In this document: in pieces, positions 50,541-60,358 of the stretch
How the letters are laid out: the number at the start of each line of letters is the position of its first letter
Position numbering within the stretch: position 1 is the stretch's first letter
NCBI GenBank assembly: GCA_963666265.2
Contig: CAXXHW010000006.1
Span: 822,325-886,324 of the forward strand
Source: Dehalococcoidia bacterium
GTDB lineage: Bacteria > Chloroflexota > Dehalococcoidia > SHYB01
Direction: 5' to 3'
Length of the DNA: 64,000 nucleotides
Translations under genes and position numbers: made by a program
The notes under the pieces: generated by a model
The model's input: only the letters and a program-made list of their open reading frames with translations
The model's database searches: none
Told to the model about the DNA's origin: nothing

Positions 50541-50957
50541 TCAGTCCAGGAGGTCGACGCCGGTCTCTTCTACCTTTTTGTCGACGATGTGAAAGGAACG
50601 GATGACCGGCGAGGTCTCCTGCGCCAAAGAGACGATAACGTACAGGTAGTCAAAGAGGTCGGCCGGGGGGACCAACTTGATATCGGTGACAGACGGGTAG
50701 GCCTCGCTTGAGGTGTGGGAGTGGTAGAAGGCCAAGACGTCGTGTCCGCTCTGCTCCGCGTCACGAAAGATGCCGGGCATTTCCGCCGGGTCGATGGTGT
50801 ATTTCACGGGGCTATGGTCGATGTTGGTTGTGGGGTAGACGGCGGCGACCAATCCGTCCTTGCCAGCCAGGATGCCGCAGCATTCGTTGGGGGTGTCCCT
50901 TCGGGCGTGATCGATCATCTTTTGGGCAATGAGAGCGGGAATCTTCAAGGGTTCCAC
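50541..50957 (-). CDS. JAB/MPN (M67) metallopeptidase, Mec-like
   Basis: PNECCGILAG and FYHSHT...AYPS..D JAMM motif. Confidence 0.92.
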   Translation of the reverse strand: MEPLKIPALIAQKMIDHARRDTPNECCGILAGKDGLVAAVYPTTNIDHSPVKYTIDPAEMPGIFRDAEQSGHDVLAFYHSHTSSEAYPSVTDIKLVPPADLFDYLYVIVSLAQETSPVIRSFHIVDKKVEETGVDLLD

Positions 50958-51039
50958 CTGTGCAGTCTCCGTTGTTGCAGCAACGCCCCGCGCATAGAGT
51001 GAGGGGCGTGAAGATTACGGTCTGATGAAGCGCTTCCGA

Positions 51040-52092
51040 CTAGTTCACAACGTGTACATTTCCCCTACCGTCCGCCACAATCTCGCCGACTACGGCGGCA
51101 TGCCCCACCCCTTGCCGGCCAAGGGCCTCCATCAGCCGTCCGGCTTGGGCCTGCGGAGTGGAAAGGAGCAGTCCCCCGGAAGTCTGTGGGTCATAAAGGA
51201 TACGATGTGCCAGAGGGTGAATGCCCTTGTCCCAGGTCACGCCGTGGTCATGGTAGGTACGGTTGCGTTGCATCCCACTGGGGAATATCTCGCGTTCGGT
51301 GGCCAGGTCCCAGGCGCCGGCCATCTGCGGGACCTGGGCGTAGTAGATACGCGCGCTGGCGCCGCTGGCCTCAAGCATGGTCCTCAAATGGCCGAGAAAC
51401 GCGTACCCGGTGATGTCAGTGCAGGCGTTGATGTCGACCTCCCGGCCGGCCTGGGAGGCTGCCGCGTTGAGGGTCGCCATGTGTTGGATAGCCGCCTGGA
51501 GCACGGCGTCCTCGGCCTCACCACGCTTGCCGGCGGTGGTGATGATGCCAGAACCCAGAGGCTTGGTCAAAATCAGGGCGTCGCCGGGTTGAGCCCCTGC
51601 GTTGCTCCACTGTTCACCTGGCTTTACCACTCCGGTGATCGCCATGCCGTACTTGGGCTCGTGATCGTCGATGGTGTGGCCGCCTACGATCGGCATCCCG
51701 GCCTCCATGGCCTTGTCCGCCCCGCCCTTCAGAATCTCGTTGAGAGCGCTCCTGGGCTGATCGCTCGGAAAAGCCACGATGTTCAGACCGATGAGGGGCT
51801 TGGCTCCCATGGCATACACGTCACTGAGGGCGTTGGCCGCGGAGACGCTGCCAAACTGATACGGGTCGTCCACTACCGGAGGAAAGAAGTCCACCGTTTG
51901 CACCAGAGCGAGATCGTCGCTCATCCGGTACACCGCGGCGTCGTCACCCGTGCTGATCCCCACCAAAACGTTGGGGTCAACGATGGTCGGCAAATGCCTC
52001 CGGAGGTCGTTCAGGTCACCCGGACCGTACTTGGCAGCTCAGCCTCCGGATTTTGCCAAGGTGGTCAGCTTTACCTGTTCACCGGCTGGCAT
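51040..52092 (-). CDS. selD: Selenide, water dikinase (selenophosphate synthetase), Sec at codon 18
   Basis: GAGGAAGG RBS + ATG 52092: MPAGEQVKLTTLAKSGG-U-AAKYGPGDL in frame with the 51993 ORF; DDAAVY, TVDFF, ANALSDVYAMG, GGHT, TDITG, DPQTSGGLL. Confidence 0.95.
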
Positions 52093-52214
52093 CCTTCCTC
52101 CTTTTTCCGGCCCTTCGTCGGGGCATCTGCGTTATCGTAGAATATTATAGCGCACATTATAAAGTCTTATAGCTTGAGATGAACGATCAGGAGAAAAGGT
52201 TCTCGGGGGCGACT

Positions 52215-53147
52215 TTACCTGGAAGCGCGGACGTAACGGTCTCCGACATCCGGCAACACCGTCACCACACACCGTCCGGGGCCCAGCCTTTTTGCCACAC
52301 CTATGGCGATCGCCACGTTGGCTCCGGAGGAGGGGCCCACGAAAAGCCCTTCCTTGGAGGCTAAAAGACCGGCCATCTCGAAGGCCTCATCGTCGGACAC
52401 CTGCAGGATCTCGTCGATCAGCTCCCGCCGGATATGGGCTGGGACGAAGTCGGCCCCGATGCCGACGATACGATGAGGCCCGGAGACACCCTGGGACAGC
52501 ACCATCGAGCGGCTCGGCTCTATGGCTATGACAGCGGTCGAGGGATTTTTCCCCTTCAACGCCTGCCCGACCCCCATGAGTGTCGCCCCAGTGCCGACCG
52601 CTGCGACAAAGGCATCGACGGTCCGGTCCCCGAAAGCGTCCAGGATCTCTTGTCCGGTGCCGTCCTGGTGTGCTCGAAGACAGGCCGGATTTGAGAACTG
52701 GTCCATGAGAAAAGCGCCCGAGATGTCCCGCACGAGTTCCTGCGCCCGCTCCGTCGCGCCGATCATGCCCCGGATCGACGGGCTCTGGACGACTTCGGCG
52801 CCGTAGGATTGGACACGTCGCTTGGCGTCATCGGGCACGTCGGACGGCATGACAATGATAGCTCGATAACCCCTGGCGGCGCCCACCATGGCCAGGGCAG
52901 GACCCGCATTCCCGCTGGTGGCCTCCACCACGGCGGCGCCGGGGCGCAGGAGGCCCCGATCTTCAGCATCCAGGACCGCCGCCAGGGCTACCCTGTCTTT
53001 GATACTGCCGCTGGGGTTCAACATCTCGAGCTTTGCGAACAGCTCGGCAGAGTTCTCCGGCGCCAGGCGCTGAAGCCGGGCTAGCGGCGTGTTGCCTATG
53101 GCCGCTTCTACCCCAAGGACAACGCGGCCGGACTGGACATCTCTCAT
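52215..53147 (-). CDS. PLP-dependent cysteine synthase (CysK/CysM family)
   Basis: IGNTPL, KLE..NPSGSIKDR, EATSGN, QFSNP, GTGAT, EGLFVGPSSGA. Confidence 0.93.
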   Translation of the reverse strand: MRDVQSGRVVLGVEAAIGNTPLARLQRLAPENSAELFAKLEMLNPSGSIKDRVALAAVLDAEDRGLLRPGAAVVEATSGNAGPALAMVGAARGYRAIIVMPSDVPDDAKRRVQSYGAEVVQSPSIRGMIGATERAQELVRDISGAFLMDQFSNPACLRAHQDGTGQEILDAFGDRTVDAFVAAVGTGATLMGVGQALKGKNPSTAVIAIEPSRSMVLSQGVSGPHRIVGIGADFVPAHIRRELIDEILQVSDDEAFEMAGLLASKEGLFVGPSSGANVAIAIGVAKRLGPGRCVVTVLPDVGDRYVRASR

Positions 53148-53276
53148 GACGGAGGCATTGTGGCACAGGCATGCCCTTCCATCAAGGCCCAGCCGTGCGA
53201 GTGTACCTTGGGCAGGCAGGGGGTGAGCAGTCGGGTCACAGCCCCGATTTTCATCGAAAATGACCGGCCTTTCGGC

Positions 53277-53309
53277 TTGACACAGGCCATTTGTGAATGT
53301 AATCTCAAA
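53277..53309 (+). promoter_or_regulatory. ACIII operon promoter with overlapping Rex/CRP-like operator
   Basis: TTGACA-17 nt-TAATCT; TTGTGAATGTAATCTCAA (53291-53308) overlaps the -10. Confidence 0.6.
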
Positions 53310-53383
53310 GCGCCCGGAATCCGGGGTTCTAATCAGTGTCATCCTCTTTCAGGACTCCGGCCTGCCTCAGTTGACCTGGAGAA

Positions 53384-53689
53384 ATGATGGACCCGAGTCG
53401 GCTTACATTTGTGAACTGGAGTGACACAGGGTCTATCCTCCTTTTTATCTGGCTATTCGTTATCTTCGTCGTGATCTTCGGCGGCCTCATGCTCATGGCC
53501 CATGCAGTGATTCCATCTCTGCTGGAAACCGGACATATCCCAGAGGGCTTCAGGAGCATCGTCCGTAAGCAGCGGGCCCCGTTGTATTTGGGAGCCCTAC
53601 TCGCTCTAGGCATGATCTGTGTATGGCTGGCCTTTGCCACCAATTCGGCCCATGAGATCGAACGTTTCTGGCCCAGGGACTGGATATGA
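53384..53689 (+). CDS. Small two-TM membrane protein, first gene of the ACIII operon
   Basis: GGAGA RBS; two hydrophobic helices. Confidence 0.7.
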   Translation: MMDPSRLTFVNWSDTGSILLFIWLFVIFVVIFGGLMLMAHAVIPSLLETGHIPEGFRSIVRKQRAPLYLGALLALGMICVWLAFATNSAHEIERFWPRDWI

Positions 53690-53727
53690 TTACGGCGGCC
53701 TGCTCACGCTATCGGCTAGAGACGTAG

Positions 53728-54489
53728 ATGCCAAAGATCGAACTCCCAAAGATTCCCCTGGCCGTAATGATCGCTGGCGCGCTCGTGACCCTGGTGCTGG
53801 TTCTTGCCAGCGTCGTCGTAGGCGTGGGGGTTATCAAAGCGTGGTGGGGCCTGCCGTTCGGTCCCCTGCGCGTGGACGCCACCCAGCCAATCCAATTCCC
53901 GCACGATGCCCACACATCTGATCCACGGGTCGTGGTTGACGGAGACGTCACGGACCCGGCTAGCCAGATTAGTCTGGATGACGCCCTGGTGATCCAGCCG
54001 GCGGCTGGGGTTGGAGATGTCGTTGGAGCCGGGATCGACTGTCTGTTCTGCCACCGCACGGTCAACACGGACGAGGCTGCGAGCTTCCCCGCTGTGCAGC
54101 AGTGCCTATTCTGTCACCAGGTAGTGAAAAAGGACTCCCCGGAGGTTGCAAAACTGATTACCGCGGCGGAAACCGACCAGCCGATCAACTGGGTGCGGGT
54201 TCACCGTCTGCCAGACCACGTCCAATTCGTCCATGAGGCGCATATCCTCTTCTTCTCCGAGCAGAACAATATCGCCCCCTCTCAAGCATGCTCTATCTGC
54301 CATGGCGAAGTGCAGACCATGAAGGTCGCCGAGCAGGTCCGAAGCCTCAAGATGGGGGACTGCGTGGACTGCCATCGAAGCGGCTACCTTTCATATCTGA
54401 CGGACGAGGCCAGGGATCGCGTCGAAACAGAGGTTGAAGAGGGAAGACTCAAGGGTCCGCCGACTGATTGCGCGGCGTGCCACTACTAG
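53728..54489 (+). CDS. actA: Membrane-anchored pentaheme cytochrome c (ACIII ActA-like)
   Basis: Five CxxCH (CLFCH x2, CSICH, CVDCH, CAACH); QPIQFPH, INWVRVH.LPDHV.F.H..H. Confidence 0.88.
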   Translation: MPKIELPKIPLAVMIAGALVTLVLVLASVVVGVGVIKAWWGLPFGPLRVDATQPIQFPHDAHTSDPRVVVDGDVTDPASQISLDDALVIQPAAGVGDVVGAGIDCLFCHRTVNTDEAASFPAVQQCLFCHQVVKKDSPEVAKLITAAETDQPINWVRVHRLPDHVQFVHEAHILFFSEQNNIAPSQACSICHGEVQTMKVAEQVRSLKMGDCVDCHRSGYLSYLTDEARDRVETEVEEGRLKGPPTDCAACHY

Positions 54490-54506
54490 GGTCTGTTTAG
54501 GAATCC

Positions 54507-56780
54507 ATGGCGCTTTCAAGAAGAAAATTTCTAAAGCTGGTAGGAGGCTCCGGCGCTGGGGCGGCTATCCTGGCTGCCTGCCGCCCGGCGGTGAAGGAGT
54601 TCCTTGCCCAGAGTCCCGTTAGGATGCCCGAGGACCTGGTTACAGGCGTCGATAACTGGTATGCCAGTGTGTGTCATGAATGTGGCGCGGGCTGCGGAGT
54701 CATCGCCCGGGTGGTGGAGGGGCGAGCGAAGAAGATAGAGGGTAACCCCAAGCACCCCTTAAACGCCGGCAAGCTCTGCGTACGTGGCCAGGGAAGCGTC
54801 CAGGCCGTCTACCACCCTGACCGCATCCGGCGACCCCTTAAGGCGGTTGGAGCCAGGGGCTCCGGGGAGTTCCGAGAGATATCTTGGGACGAGGCGCTGG
54901 ATACACTGCTAGGCCAGCTCCGTGAGTTAAAGGGCGTAGCCGCTCCTGATGGCGATAGGAACAAGGTGGTGCTGGTCACTGAGCCTATCAGCGGTCACCT
55001 TGGTATGGTCGTGAGCCGATTCGCCAACGCATTCGGCGCTGTCCAGGCTTCCTATGAGCCCATGGACGTCACGGTCCTGAACGCGGCGATGGAGAAGGTC
55101 TTCGGCGCCAACCTGGTCCCGGACTTCGATCTGACAAACTCCCGCTACCTGCTTTCTTTCAGCGCCGACTTCCTGATGGGTTGGATATCTCAGGTCCGCC
55201 ACTCCAGGGGCTATGGCGAGTTGCGGCAGGGAGAGGGATCTGCTCGTGGCACCTTTGTTCACGTGGACACGCGCTTCTCGGCCACGGCTGCCAACGCTGA
55301 TGATTGGATCATCGTCAAGCCTGGCATGGAGGGGAAGCTGGCCCTGAGCATCGCCTACGTCATCATCCGAGCGGACCTTGCAGATGGGCAGGCGGCCGAG
55401 GCGCTGTTCGGCCCAGCCCCATTGGTGAGCGCGCTGGAGGGGTTCAGACCAGAGCTTGTCGCCGAGGCGACGGGGGTGTCGCCCCAAAAGATCGAGGAGA
55501 TCGCCCTGGAGTTCGCCAAACAGCGGGGCATCGCCATCGGCGGAGGCACCGCCGGGGCTCAGACCAACGGTCTCTTCAACCTTACGGCGATCTTCGCGCT
55601 CAACCAACTGGTGGGCAACGTCGGGAAGCCCGGAGGCGTGATACTCAACCCGGCCAGTCCCTTCGCCAGCGACCCTACCTTCAAGGACGGCGCTTCCTTC
55701 GATCGATATTCCGTAACCCCGCTGGAAGGCTGGCGAGATATAACACAGTCCATGCAGGCCGGGGAGGTCAGCGTGCTGCTGGTCCGGAACGCCAATCCCC
55801 TTCACGGCTTGCCCTCAGCCCTGGGCTTTCGAGAAGGGCTGGGGCTGGTCCCCTTCATTGCCAGCTTCTCCAGCTTTTTGGACGATACCACCGCTATGGC
55901 GGACCTGGTCCTGCCCACGCATTTGCCACTGGAGGACTGGGGAGACAAGAGCCCCAACCCCGGCCCAGGCTTCCAGGCGATTGGGTTCCAGCAGCCCGTG
56001 GTGAGGCCCTTCCACGAGACCCGTGGCTTCGGTGACCTTCTTCTGACGTTGAGCCAGGAGCTGGAGATGGAGCAGGAGCTGCCCTGGACGAGCTTCCGTG
56101 AGGTCTTGCGAGAGGGGGCCCAGAAGCTTCGGCAGCTCAATCGCGGCAACGTGTCCGGGATCTCGTTCGAGGCCTATTGGAACAACCTTCTGCAGCTAGG
56201 CGGATGGTGGGATGAGGGAGCAAGGGCCGATGGCGACATCTCCGTGCAGAGACTGGATTTAGGCGACGCTGAGCCCACGTTCTTGGGCTCAGAGGATGAG
56301 TTCCCTTTCCACCTGGTCCCCTTTGCTTCTGTCTCGCTGACAGACGGCCGGGGAGCGCACCTCCCATGGATGCAGGCGACGCCGGATCCCATCACCACAG
56401 CGGCCTGGGAGACATGGGTGGAGTTAAACTCCATGGATGCGAAAGAGCTCGATCTCCGCGAGGGGGATATGCTGCGGCTTCAGTCGGAGACTGGGTGGAG
56501 TATCGAAGCTGCCTTATATCCAAACCCAGCCATGCCGCGGGGTGTGCTGGCGATTCCCCTGGGCCAGGGCCACAAGGCTTACGGCCGATATGCGGAGGGC
56601 CGAGGGGCTAACCCCTTCAATGTGCTGGGGTTGCTCAGCGACAAGGAAACTGGGGCGCTGGCCTGGGGCGCCACTAGGGTAAAGATGACCAAGACGGATC
56701 GGCGCATCAGGCTACCCAAATACGAAGGGGTAGTCATCCCCATCGATTTCGACAACAACGTGAAGATCACGCGGGGCTAG
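54507..56780 (+). CDS. Tat-exported molybdopterin-oxidoreductase-like subunit (ActB1-like)
   Basis: SRRKFLK Tat motif + AAC lipobox; CHECGAGC...KLCVRG; GNPKHPLN; ADLVLP; WVELN. Confidence 0.9.
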   Translation: MALSRRKFLKLVGGSGAGAAILAACRPAVKEFLAQSPVRMPEDLVTGVDNWYASVCHECGAGCGVIARVVEGRAKKIEGNPKHPLNAGKLCVRGQGSVQAVYHPDRIRRPLKAVGARGSGEFREISWDEALDTLLGQLRELKGVAAPDGDRNKVVLVTEPISGHLGMVVSRFANAFGAVQASYEPMDVTVLNAAMEKVFGANLVPDFDLTNSRYLLSFSADFLMGWISQVRHSRGYGELRQGEGSARGTFVHVDTRFSATAANADDWIIVKPGMEGKLALSIAYVIIRADLADGQAAEALFGPAPLVSALEGFRPELVAEATGVSPQKIEEIALEFAKQRGIAIGGGTAGAQTNGLFNLTAIFALNQLVGNVGKPGGVILNPASPFASDPTFKDGASFDRYSVTPLEGWRDITQSMQAGEVSVLLVRNANPLHGLPSALGFREGLGLVPFIASFSSFLDDTTAMADLVLPTHLPLEDWGDKSPNPGPGFQAIGFQQPVVRPFHETRGFGDLLLTLSQELEMEQELPWTSFREVLREGAQKLRQLNRGNVSGISFEAYWNNLLQLGGWWDEGARADGDISVQRLDLGDAEPTFLGSEDEFPFHLVPFASVSLTDGRGAHLPWMQATPDPITTAAWETWVELNSMDAKELDLREGDMLRLQSETGWSIEAALYPNPAMPRGVLAIPLGQGHKAYGRYAEGRGANPFNVLGLLSDKETGALAWGATRVKMTKTDRRIRLPKYEGVVIPIDFDNNVKITRG

Positions 56781-56804
56781 GCAACCAAAGACTGAGGGAG
56801 TGGC

Positions 56805-57560
56805 ATGACAACGCAAGCGCATCACGCCAAGTGGACTATGGTGGTGGACTCCGATAGGTGCACCGGCTGTCAGGCCTGCGTTGTGGCTTGCCAGGCGGAG
56901 AACAATGTCCCCATAAATACGGCGGACATTTATCGGCAGAAACGAGTGATGGAATGGATACGGATCGAGCGTTATTGGGAAGGGATCGAAGAGGCGGAGG
57001 CTACGGGTGACCCATCCAAGGTCAAAGCCCGTTTCCTGCCCGTGCTGTGCCAGCACTGCGAGAATGCTCCCTGCGAGCCCGTGTGCCCGGTCTTCGCCAC
57101 CTATCACAACAATGAGGGGCTCAACATACAGGTCTATAACCGTTGCGTCGGCACCCGGTTCTGCGCCAATAACTGCCCCTATAACGTGCGTATGTTCAAT
57201 TTCTGGGAGCCGGTCTGGCCAGAGAGCCTGCAGAACCAGCTGAACCCGGACGTCACGGTGCGTAGCCGCGGGATCATGGAGAAGTGCACCTATTGCGTGC
57301 AGAGGATCAGACGCACTGAGCTGACCGCCAAGAAGGAAGGTCGCCTGCCCGCGGACGGCGAAATGCAGCCCGCCTGCGTTCAGGCCTGCCCCACGGATGC
57401 GCTGGTATTCGGAGATATCAAAGACCCTGAGTCCAAGGTCTCCAGGAAGGCCGCCAACGAGCGGCGCTACCGGCTTTTGGAGGTACAGGGGACCGAGCCC
57501 AACCTGGTCTACCTGAAGAAAGTTGACCCGCACTACGTCGAGCGTGAACACAATGAGTAG
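56805..57560 (+). CDS. FeS subunit (ActB2/NrfC-like)
   Basis: CTGCQACVVAC, CQHCENAPCEPVCP, YNRCVGTRFCANNCPY, EKCTYC...ACVQACP. Confidence 0.93.
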   Translation: MTTQAHHAKWTMVVDSDRCTGCQACVVACQAENNVPINTADIYRQKRVMEWIRIERYWEGIEEAEATGDPSKVKARFLPVLCQHCENAPCEPVCPVFATYHNNEGLNIQVYNRCVGTRFCANNCPYNVRMFNFWEPVWPESLQNQLNPDVTVRSRGIMEKCTYCVQRIRRTELTAKKEGRLPADGEMQPACVQACPTDALVFGDIKDPESKVSRKAANERRYRLLEVQGTEPNLVYLKKVDPHYVEREHNE

Positions 57561-58941
57561 AGTAGAGCCCCAGATAATAACAAAGAGTAACCAGGAGGTC
57601 ACCCGAGAGATCCTGGCTATCACCCACACCATGGGCCCAGGGTACAAGAAGGCGGTGGTGTTCTTCGGGCTGCTCTTGTTGCTGGGGATTATCGGCTTTA
57701 TCATCCGGGCCGTGGATGCCGGATTCAATGATTTCCGGCCCTGGGGCTACTTCATGGCCGGTTACGCCTTTCTGCTCACCACGGCCTCGACGGCGCCGCT
57801 CTTCTCTATCAGCCAACGTATGGTTCATAGCCACTGGCGGAGGCCCATGGCCCGCGCCTCCGAGATGTTCGGCGTTGTCGGCGTGCTGAGCACCTTGATG
57901 TTTATCCCGATGATCGCGCTGCTGCCTTCGTCTGCGGGCCGGAGGTCGATCTGGTTCGAGTGGCCCGGCACCCCTCTCTACAGCGATACGCTGGCCGTGG
58001 TCTTCCTCGCCGTCCTGGGGATCGTGTTGCTCTACGTGGCGGCGCTGCCTGACCTGGCCGTGAGCCGGCTTCACGCCACCGGCACCCGCCGCAAGATATT
58101 GGACCGCATCGTGATAGTGAACTGGAAAGGCACCGAGAGGCAGTGGGCGGTCCATCGAGCCAGCTTGAGGGTCTTGGGCGCTCTGTATTTTCTGTTCCTG
58201 GTCCTCGTGCATACCATTATCGCCTCGGACTTCGCCGAGGCGCTGGTACCGGGCTGGAAAGATGCCATCTTCCCGGCGTTTCATGTGCTGTCCGGCTTCC
58301 AGTCCGCGGTGGCATCCACCGTCGTCGCCCTTTTCTTGCTGTACAAGTTTGGAGGGTACAAGGACTACATAGCCGTCGACCAGTTCTGGGCCGCCAGTAA
58401 GCTGTTGCTCCCCCTCTGCCTACTGTGGATGTATTTCTGGTTCTCCGGCTTCATCGTCTACTGGTACGGTCGGCAGCCGGTGGAGCAGACGATACTGCGA
58501 ACGTTTATGTTCGAGGCCTACCTGGTCCCGTTCCTTCTGGGCGTCATGCTGAGCTTCGTCGTTCCCTTCCTGATCGTGATGTGGAACTTCGTTAGGAAGA
58601 CTATCTTGGGTCCGACGATCGTAGCAACGCTGATCCTGTTCGGGGCGCTGTTCGACCGCATTCGGATATATGTGGCCTCATTCTCCATCGCCGATATGAG
58701 ACCGGACGGGTTGACCAGCCTGGAACCGGAGGCCCTGAGCGCTGTTCCCCGAGCCGTGCTGCCCGGCGCTCCAGACGTGATGATGATTCTGGGCACCATC
58801 GGCGGCGCGATCTTCCTCTATCTCCTGGCGATAAAGCTGATCCCCCCCGTCTCCATATGGGAGATCAAAGAGGGGATGTTGTATCGGCGCCGCCGAAAGT
58901 ATCTGAAAACAGAGATTATGGTGATGGGCAAGCCGGAGTAG
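57553..58941 (+). CDS. NrfD/PsrC-family membrane subunit (ActF-like paralogue)
   Basis: About 10 TM helices, WRRP..RASE; motifs more degenerate than in the next gene. Confidence 0.82.
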   Translation: MSRVEPQIITKSNQEVTREILAITHTMGPGYKKAVVFFGLLLLLGIIGFIIRAVDAGFNDFRPWGYFMAGYAFLLTTASTAPLFSISQRMVHSHWRRPMARASEMFGVVGVLSTLMFIPMIALLPSSAGRRSIWFEWPGTPLYSDTLAVVFLAVLGIVLLYVAALPDLAVSRLHATGTRRKILDRIVIVNWKGTERQWAVHRASLRVLGALYFLFLVLVHTIIASDFAEALVPGWKDAIFPAFHVLSGFQSAVASTVVALFLLYKFGGYKDYIAVDQFWAASKLLLPLCLLWMYFWFSGFIVYWYGRQPVEQTILRTFMFEAYLVPFLLGVMLSFVVPFLIVMWNFVRKTILGPTIVATLILFGALFDRIRIYVASFSIADMRPDGLTSLEPEALSAVPRAVLPGAPDVMMILGTIGGAIFLYLLAIKLIPPVSIWEIKEGMLYRRRRKYLKTEIMVMGKPE

Positions 58942-58944
58942 CCT

Positions 58945-60339
58945 ATGCATGAACCTGCGGTACTGAGACGGCACACAACCCCGGAGATCGACCGGAGGAT
59001 CAACGACGATCTGACGAGCAGCATGTTCAAGACCCCGTCGAGGTATTGGATGCTCGTTGGATTTCTCGCGCTGGTCACCGCCATGGGCGCCGGCGCCGCC
59101 GGCTACATGTTCGTCAATGGTCTCGGGGTTACCGGACTCAACCGCCCGGTTATGTGGGCCTTCTTCATCACCAACTTCGTGTTCTGGATCGGCATCAGCC
59201 ATGCCGGAGTCATGCTCTCGGCCATCCTCCGTCTCTCCCAGGCCGAATGGCGGCGGCCGGCCACACGGGCCGCCGAAGTAGTAACGATCTTCTCACTGCT
59301 CCTGGCCCTGACTATGCCGCTGATGCACATGGGCAGGCCGTGGCGCTTCCTGTGGATCTTTCCCTGGGACTTCGCGCGGAGCATTTGGCCCAACGTCCGG
59401 TCTCCCCTGGTCTGGGACCCCGCGGCCATTGGCACCTACCTGACCTCCAGCATCTTGTTCGTCTATGTGGCGCTGATTCCGGACCTGGCGGTAGCCCGGG
59501 ACCGGACCAAAGGCATCGTCAAGGCCGGCTATAGCCTCCTGGCCATGGGTTGGCGTGGCTACCCTATGCAGTGGCGGTTGCAGATGATCGCCGGGATCCT
59601 GCTATCGGCCTTGATCCTGCCGGTTTTCGTCTCCGTCCACAGCATCGTCTCCTGGGACTTTGCCGTGACTCAATCGGTCGAGGGTTTCCACTCCACTATC
59701 TTCGCACCGTATTTCGTCATCGGCGCCGTCCACTCCGGCGTCTCGGCTGTGGTGACGGCTTTGATTATCTTCCGGTACATCTTTCATTGGGAGAGGTATA
59801 TCCTCCCCAAAACTATAGATAACCTGGGGCGGCTCCTTCTTGTCGTCGCCACCGCTTGGTTCTTCTTCCTTGCCTTGGAAATCCTGTTCGGCCTCTACGC
59901 CCGGGAGAATTCGGAGCTGGCGCTACGGACCCTTCAGATCTTCCGCTGGCCCTACAGCTTGCTGTTCCTGATCTTCATCATAGCGGCATATGGCTTCCCG
60001 GCGCCCATGTGGCTCTTCAAAGGCGTGCGGAGGAGTTTCTTCTGGATGGCTATCACGACCATTTCCGTGAATATCGGCATGTGGCTGGAGCGCTTCTTGA
60101 TCATCGTCCCCAGCCTTGCCCGCAAGCAGGCGCTTTCCTTTAACTGGAGCACCTATCACCCCAGCGTCATCGAGATTCTGATCATCATCGGCGGCTTTTC
60201 CTTCGTGGCGATGTTGGTGCTCCTGTTCGCGAAGGTCTTCCCGCTGATCCCGATCTACGACATTAAAGAGGGCGAGATCCTGAAGGATGAGATCATAATC
60301 GGGAAAAAACGCATCCCGGCGGTAATGCGGGAGGAGTAG
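58945..60339 (+). CDS. actC: NrfD/PsrC-family quinol-interacting subunit (ActC)
   Basis: ITNFVFWIGISHAG, HMGRPW, SPLVWD, SVHSIVSWDFA, HSTIFAPYFV.GA, GMWLER. Confidence 0.9.
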   Translation: MHEPAVLRRHTTPEIDRRINDDLTSSMFKTPSRYWMLVGFLALVTAMGAGAAGYMFVNGLGVTGLNRPVMWAFFITNFVFWIGISHAGVMLSAILRLSQAEWRRPATRAAEVVTIFSLLLALTMPLMHMGRPWRFLWIFPWDFARSIWPNVRSPLVWDPAAIGTYLTSSILFVYVALIPDLAVARDRTKGIVKAGYSLLAMGWRGYPMQWRLQMIAGILLSALILPVFVSVHSIVSWDFAVTQSVEGFHSTIFAPYFVIGAVHSGVSAVVTALIIFRYIFHWERYILPKTIDNLGRLLLVVATAWFFFLALEILFGLYARENSELALRTLQIFRWPYSLLFLIFIIAAYGFPAPMWLFKGVRRSFFWMAITTISVNIGMWLERFLIIVPSLARKQALSFNWSTYHPSVIEILIIIGGFSFVAMLVLLFAKVFPLIPIYDIKEGEILKDEIIIGKKRIPAVMREE

Positions 60340-60358
60340 AAGTCTATGAGGTGTCACG

